Source of the DNA: a virus
Strand: one strand, 5' to 3'
Length of the DNA: 64,000 nt
Virus record (IMG/VR): IMGVR_UViG_3300036766_000032
Location: 1 to 64,000 of that record
Shown: positions 62,457 through 64,000 of the stretch, in pieces
How positions within the stretch are numbered: position 1 is the first letter of the stretch
Layout of the letters: each line of letters opens with the position of its first letter
The notes under the pieces: model-generated
The model's database searches: none
What the model saw: the letters and a program-made list of their open reading frames with translations, nothing else
Told to the model about the DNA's origin: nothing
Translations under genes and position numbers: made by a program

Positions 62457-63999
62457 ACTTCCTCCAGGATTTCGCATATGGTTTTAATGCGTCGTAGCTC
62501 TTATCAATACCAGACCCGAATGCCGTGGCCGCGTACACTGGCGGAACAAACCGACCCCCTTTCTTGAACCGCTCGTACGCACGTTGACCGGATTTAAGAT
62601 CGCTGACGTGAACCTGCACCACGTGCACGTCGTACCCAAGTCTGGTCAACTTCTCCGCCATTTTTTCCATCTTTGTGGTATTCTTACCGGTCATATCGAA
62701 CACCGCATTGTGGCGCCCAGCGAGCACCTTACCCATGAAGTCCTTCTCCGCGATGTCCGCCGCGCGCTCGTGATACGCTCCTGCAAGTCTTGGTGTGTAG
62801 CCCGGAAGCGCTTCCATCACTTTGTCCGCGTCTACTGTAGTGTACTCTCCTTTTAGATCCAGATGCTCCTTCCGAACGGTACTCTTCCCAGATCCCGGCT
62901 TGCCCATCATTACGACTGCTTGCGGACGCTCACCCGGAGCTGCCGCAGAATTCGGGTTGATCAACTTGGTCGCAATGTCGGCGTTCTCCGCCTTCGCTTC
63001 AGGTGTGTAGTCCACACCGTTGGTCGTAACTCCAGGATCGTTCTTGTGATCGCCACGGTCCGCGTTCGCCTTGTGCGCTGCGATGACGGCTGGATCTTGC
63101 TCCACTACAATCGAGAAGTCTTTGACAGACGTAGCGGTGAGCGGAGTTACTCCGGTCTCTGTCGATCGCGTTGATGTATCCCCACCACCACCTTCCCCAA
63201 ACCTGCCCGCCTCTCCACGCGGATGCAACGATTCGTCCCAACCGGCTTTCTCGACGGACTCTTCCGTGTTGACAATGCGTACGATGTCGCCTGCTGCGTT
63301 GCGCTCAACCTCCTGCACTGTGCGCGTCGGACGCGGCACGCTGACCTGGATCACTGGAGCGAGTGCTTGTGGAACGTTGACGTGCACTGTAGGCGGTTGC
63401 ACACTGAGCGCCATCGACTTGGAGATCGACTCTAGCAACACCAACGTCTGAGAATAGAATTCCGGGACTGTGTCTTTAGGCCCGATCGTTAGTTGCACAG
63501 GAGTAGGTGCGAACAGCGCACGAGCGGCGAGTAGTTTAGCACGGACCTCGTCGGTGCTGGCCGCCTTGGTGATGCCTCGCAGCGCAGTCGCTACGCGCTT
63601 CATCGTGTTGTCCGGCTTGCGCAGCACGCCATGAACGTTGATCCGATCCCCGCCGCCGATTTCTTCAAGCTCCACTTGCTCGAAACAGGGTCGATCCTCC
63701 ACGAACTTCGGGTTGGTCCAGAACGCGAACGAAGACTTGTTCCAGAACGTCTTGTGGTCTGGGTGTGCGAACGCCCCTTCTCCTCGGGTGGAGGGCGTCT
63801 CGAACTCTAACGTTCCGCCGGGCTTGAGCACTCTGTAAATCTCCCGCATGATCGCGTCGGCGTCAGAACAGTGTTCCAGGAAGTGGAGCGCACGTATCTC
63901 ATCAACCGAGTCGTCCCCGCACGGGATGCCGTTCTCCAAGTCCCATGTGACGTCCGCGTCTGACTCCGGGTTAGAGTCGATGCCGACGAACCCCTCTGC
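62407..63999 (-). CDS. head-associated polyprotein (5' partial): SAM methyltransferase + linker + Zeta-toxin-like P-loop kinase
   Basis: frame open to the window edge (AEGFVGID...); DSVDEI.ALHFLEH, EIYRVLKPGG; WDESLHPRGEAGRF; GKPGSGKST, VDAD, HERA, FDMTG, R...GGRFVP, YDN. Confidence 0.75.
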   Translation of the reverse strand, partial: AEGFVGIDSNPESDADVTWDLENGIPCGDDSVDEIRALHFLEHCSDADAIMREIYRVLKPGGTLEFETPSTRGEGAFAHPDHKTFWNKSSFAFWTNPKFVEDRPCFEQVELEEIGGGDRINVHGVLRKPDNTMKRVATALRGITKAASTDEVRAKLLAARALFAPTPVQLTIGPKDTVPEFYSQTLVLLESISKSMALSVQPPTVHVNVPQALAPVIQVSVPRPTRTVQEVERNAAGDIVRIVNTEESVEKAGWDESLHPRGEAGRFGEGGGGDTSTRSTETGVTPLTATSVKDFSIVVEQDPAVIAAHKANADRGDHKNDPGVTTNGVDYTPEAKAENADIATKLINPNSAAAPGERPQAVVMMGKPGSGKSTVRKEHLDLKGEYTTVDADKVMEALPGYTPRLAGAYHERAADIAEKDFMGKVLAGRHNAVFDMTGKNTTKMEKMAEKLTRLGYDVHVVQVHVSDLKSGQRAYERFKKGGRFVPPVYAATAFGSGIDKSYDALKPYAKSWRKYDNTGETPKLVDSGTR

Positions 64000-64000
64000 C

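Noticed and set aside
1-64000. Many overlapping antisense ORFs in the six-frame track; tRNA or rRNA genes
   Set aside because: Antisense ORFs lack RBS or motifs and overlap well-supported genes; no cloverleaf or rRNA-like stretch was recognised in the short intergenic gaps, though a tRNAscan-SE run would be needed to be certain.

Overview
The window is most of a tailed dsDNA phage genome (siphovirus-like: tape measure, TP901-1-type tail tube, no sheath), probably infecting a Gram-negative host (M15 endolysin, Rz1-like protein). No integrase, repressor, tRNA, rRNA or CRISPR array was recognised. Two arms converge at ~25.53 kb. The + arm (1-25.5 kb) holds small early genes, a replication module (DUF932, PolA, PD-(D/E)xK nuclease, VRR-NUC, SNF2 helicase, ATP-dependent ligase) and an eight-gene nucleotide/DNA-modification operon (12.5-19.7 kb). 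The - arm (64 kb to 25.5 kb) holds head, neck, tail and lysis genes; terminase and portal are probably beyond the right edge. Three candidate systems stand out. (1) Cytosine hypermodification: an intein-containing C5-methyltransferase homologue has Lys in place of the motif-X Asn (KQVGK instead of KQFGN), the substitution that turns engineered C5-MTases into carboxy-SAM-dependent carboxymethyltransferases. It sits in one operon with an asparagine-synthetase-like amidotransferase, a thymidylate-synthase homologue with the dCMP-type Asp, a dCTPase/dUTPase, Nmad1 and an MBD4-like glycosylase. (2) A probable capsid-packaged nucleic-acid repair kit: ligase, LigD-type 3'-phosphoesterase and XkdF prohead protease in one polypeptide, plus a head-region methyltransferase/Zeta-like kinase polyprotein, with recurrent hydrophobic-x-K/[ASN] motifs at domain junctions. 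(3) A nine-gene glycosyltransferase/methyltransferase island between the tail terminator and tail tube genes, suggesting virion glycosylation. All functional calls come from motif recognition by eye; no database searches were run.
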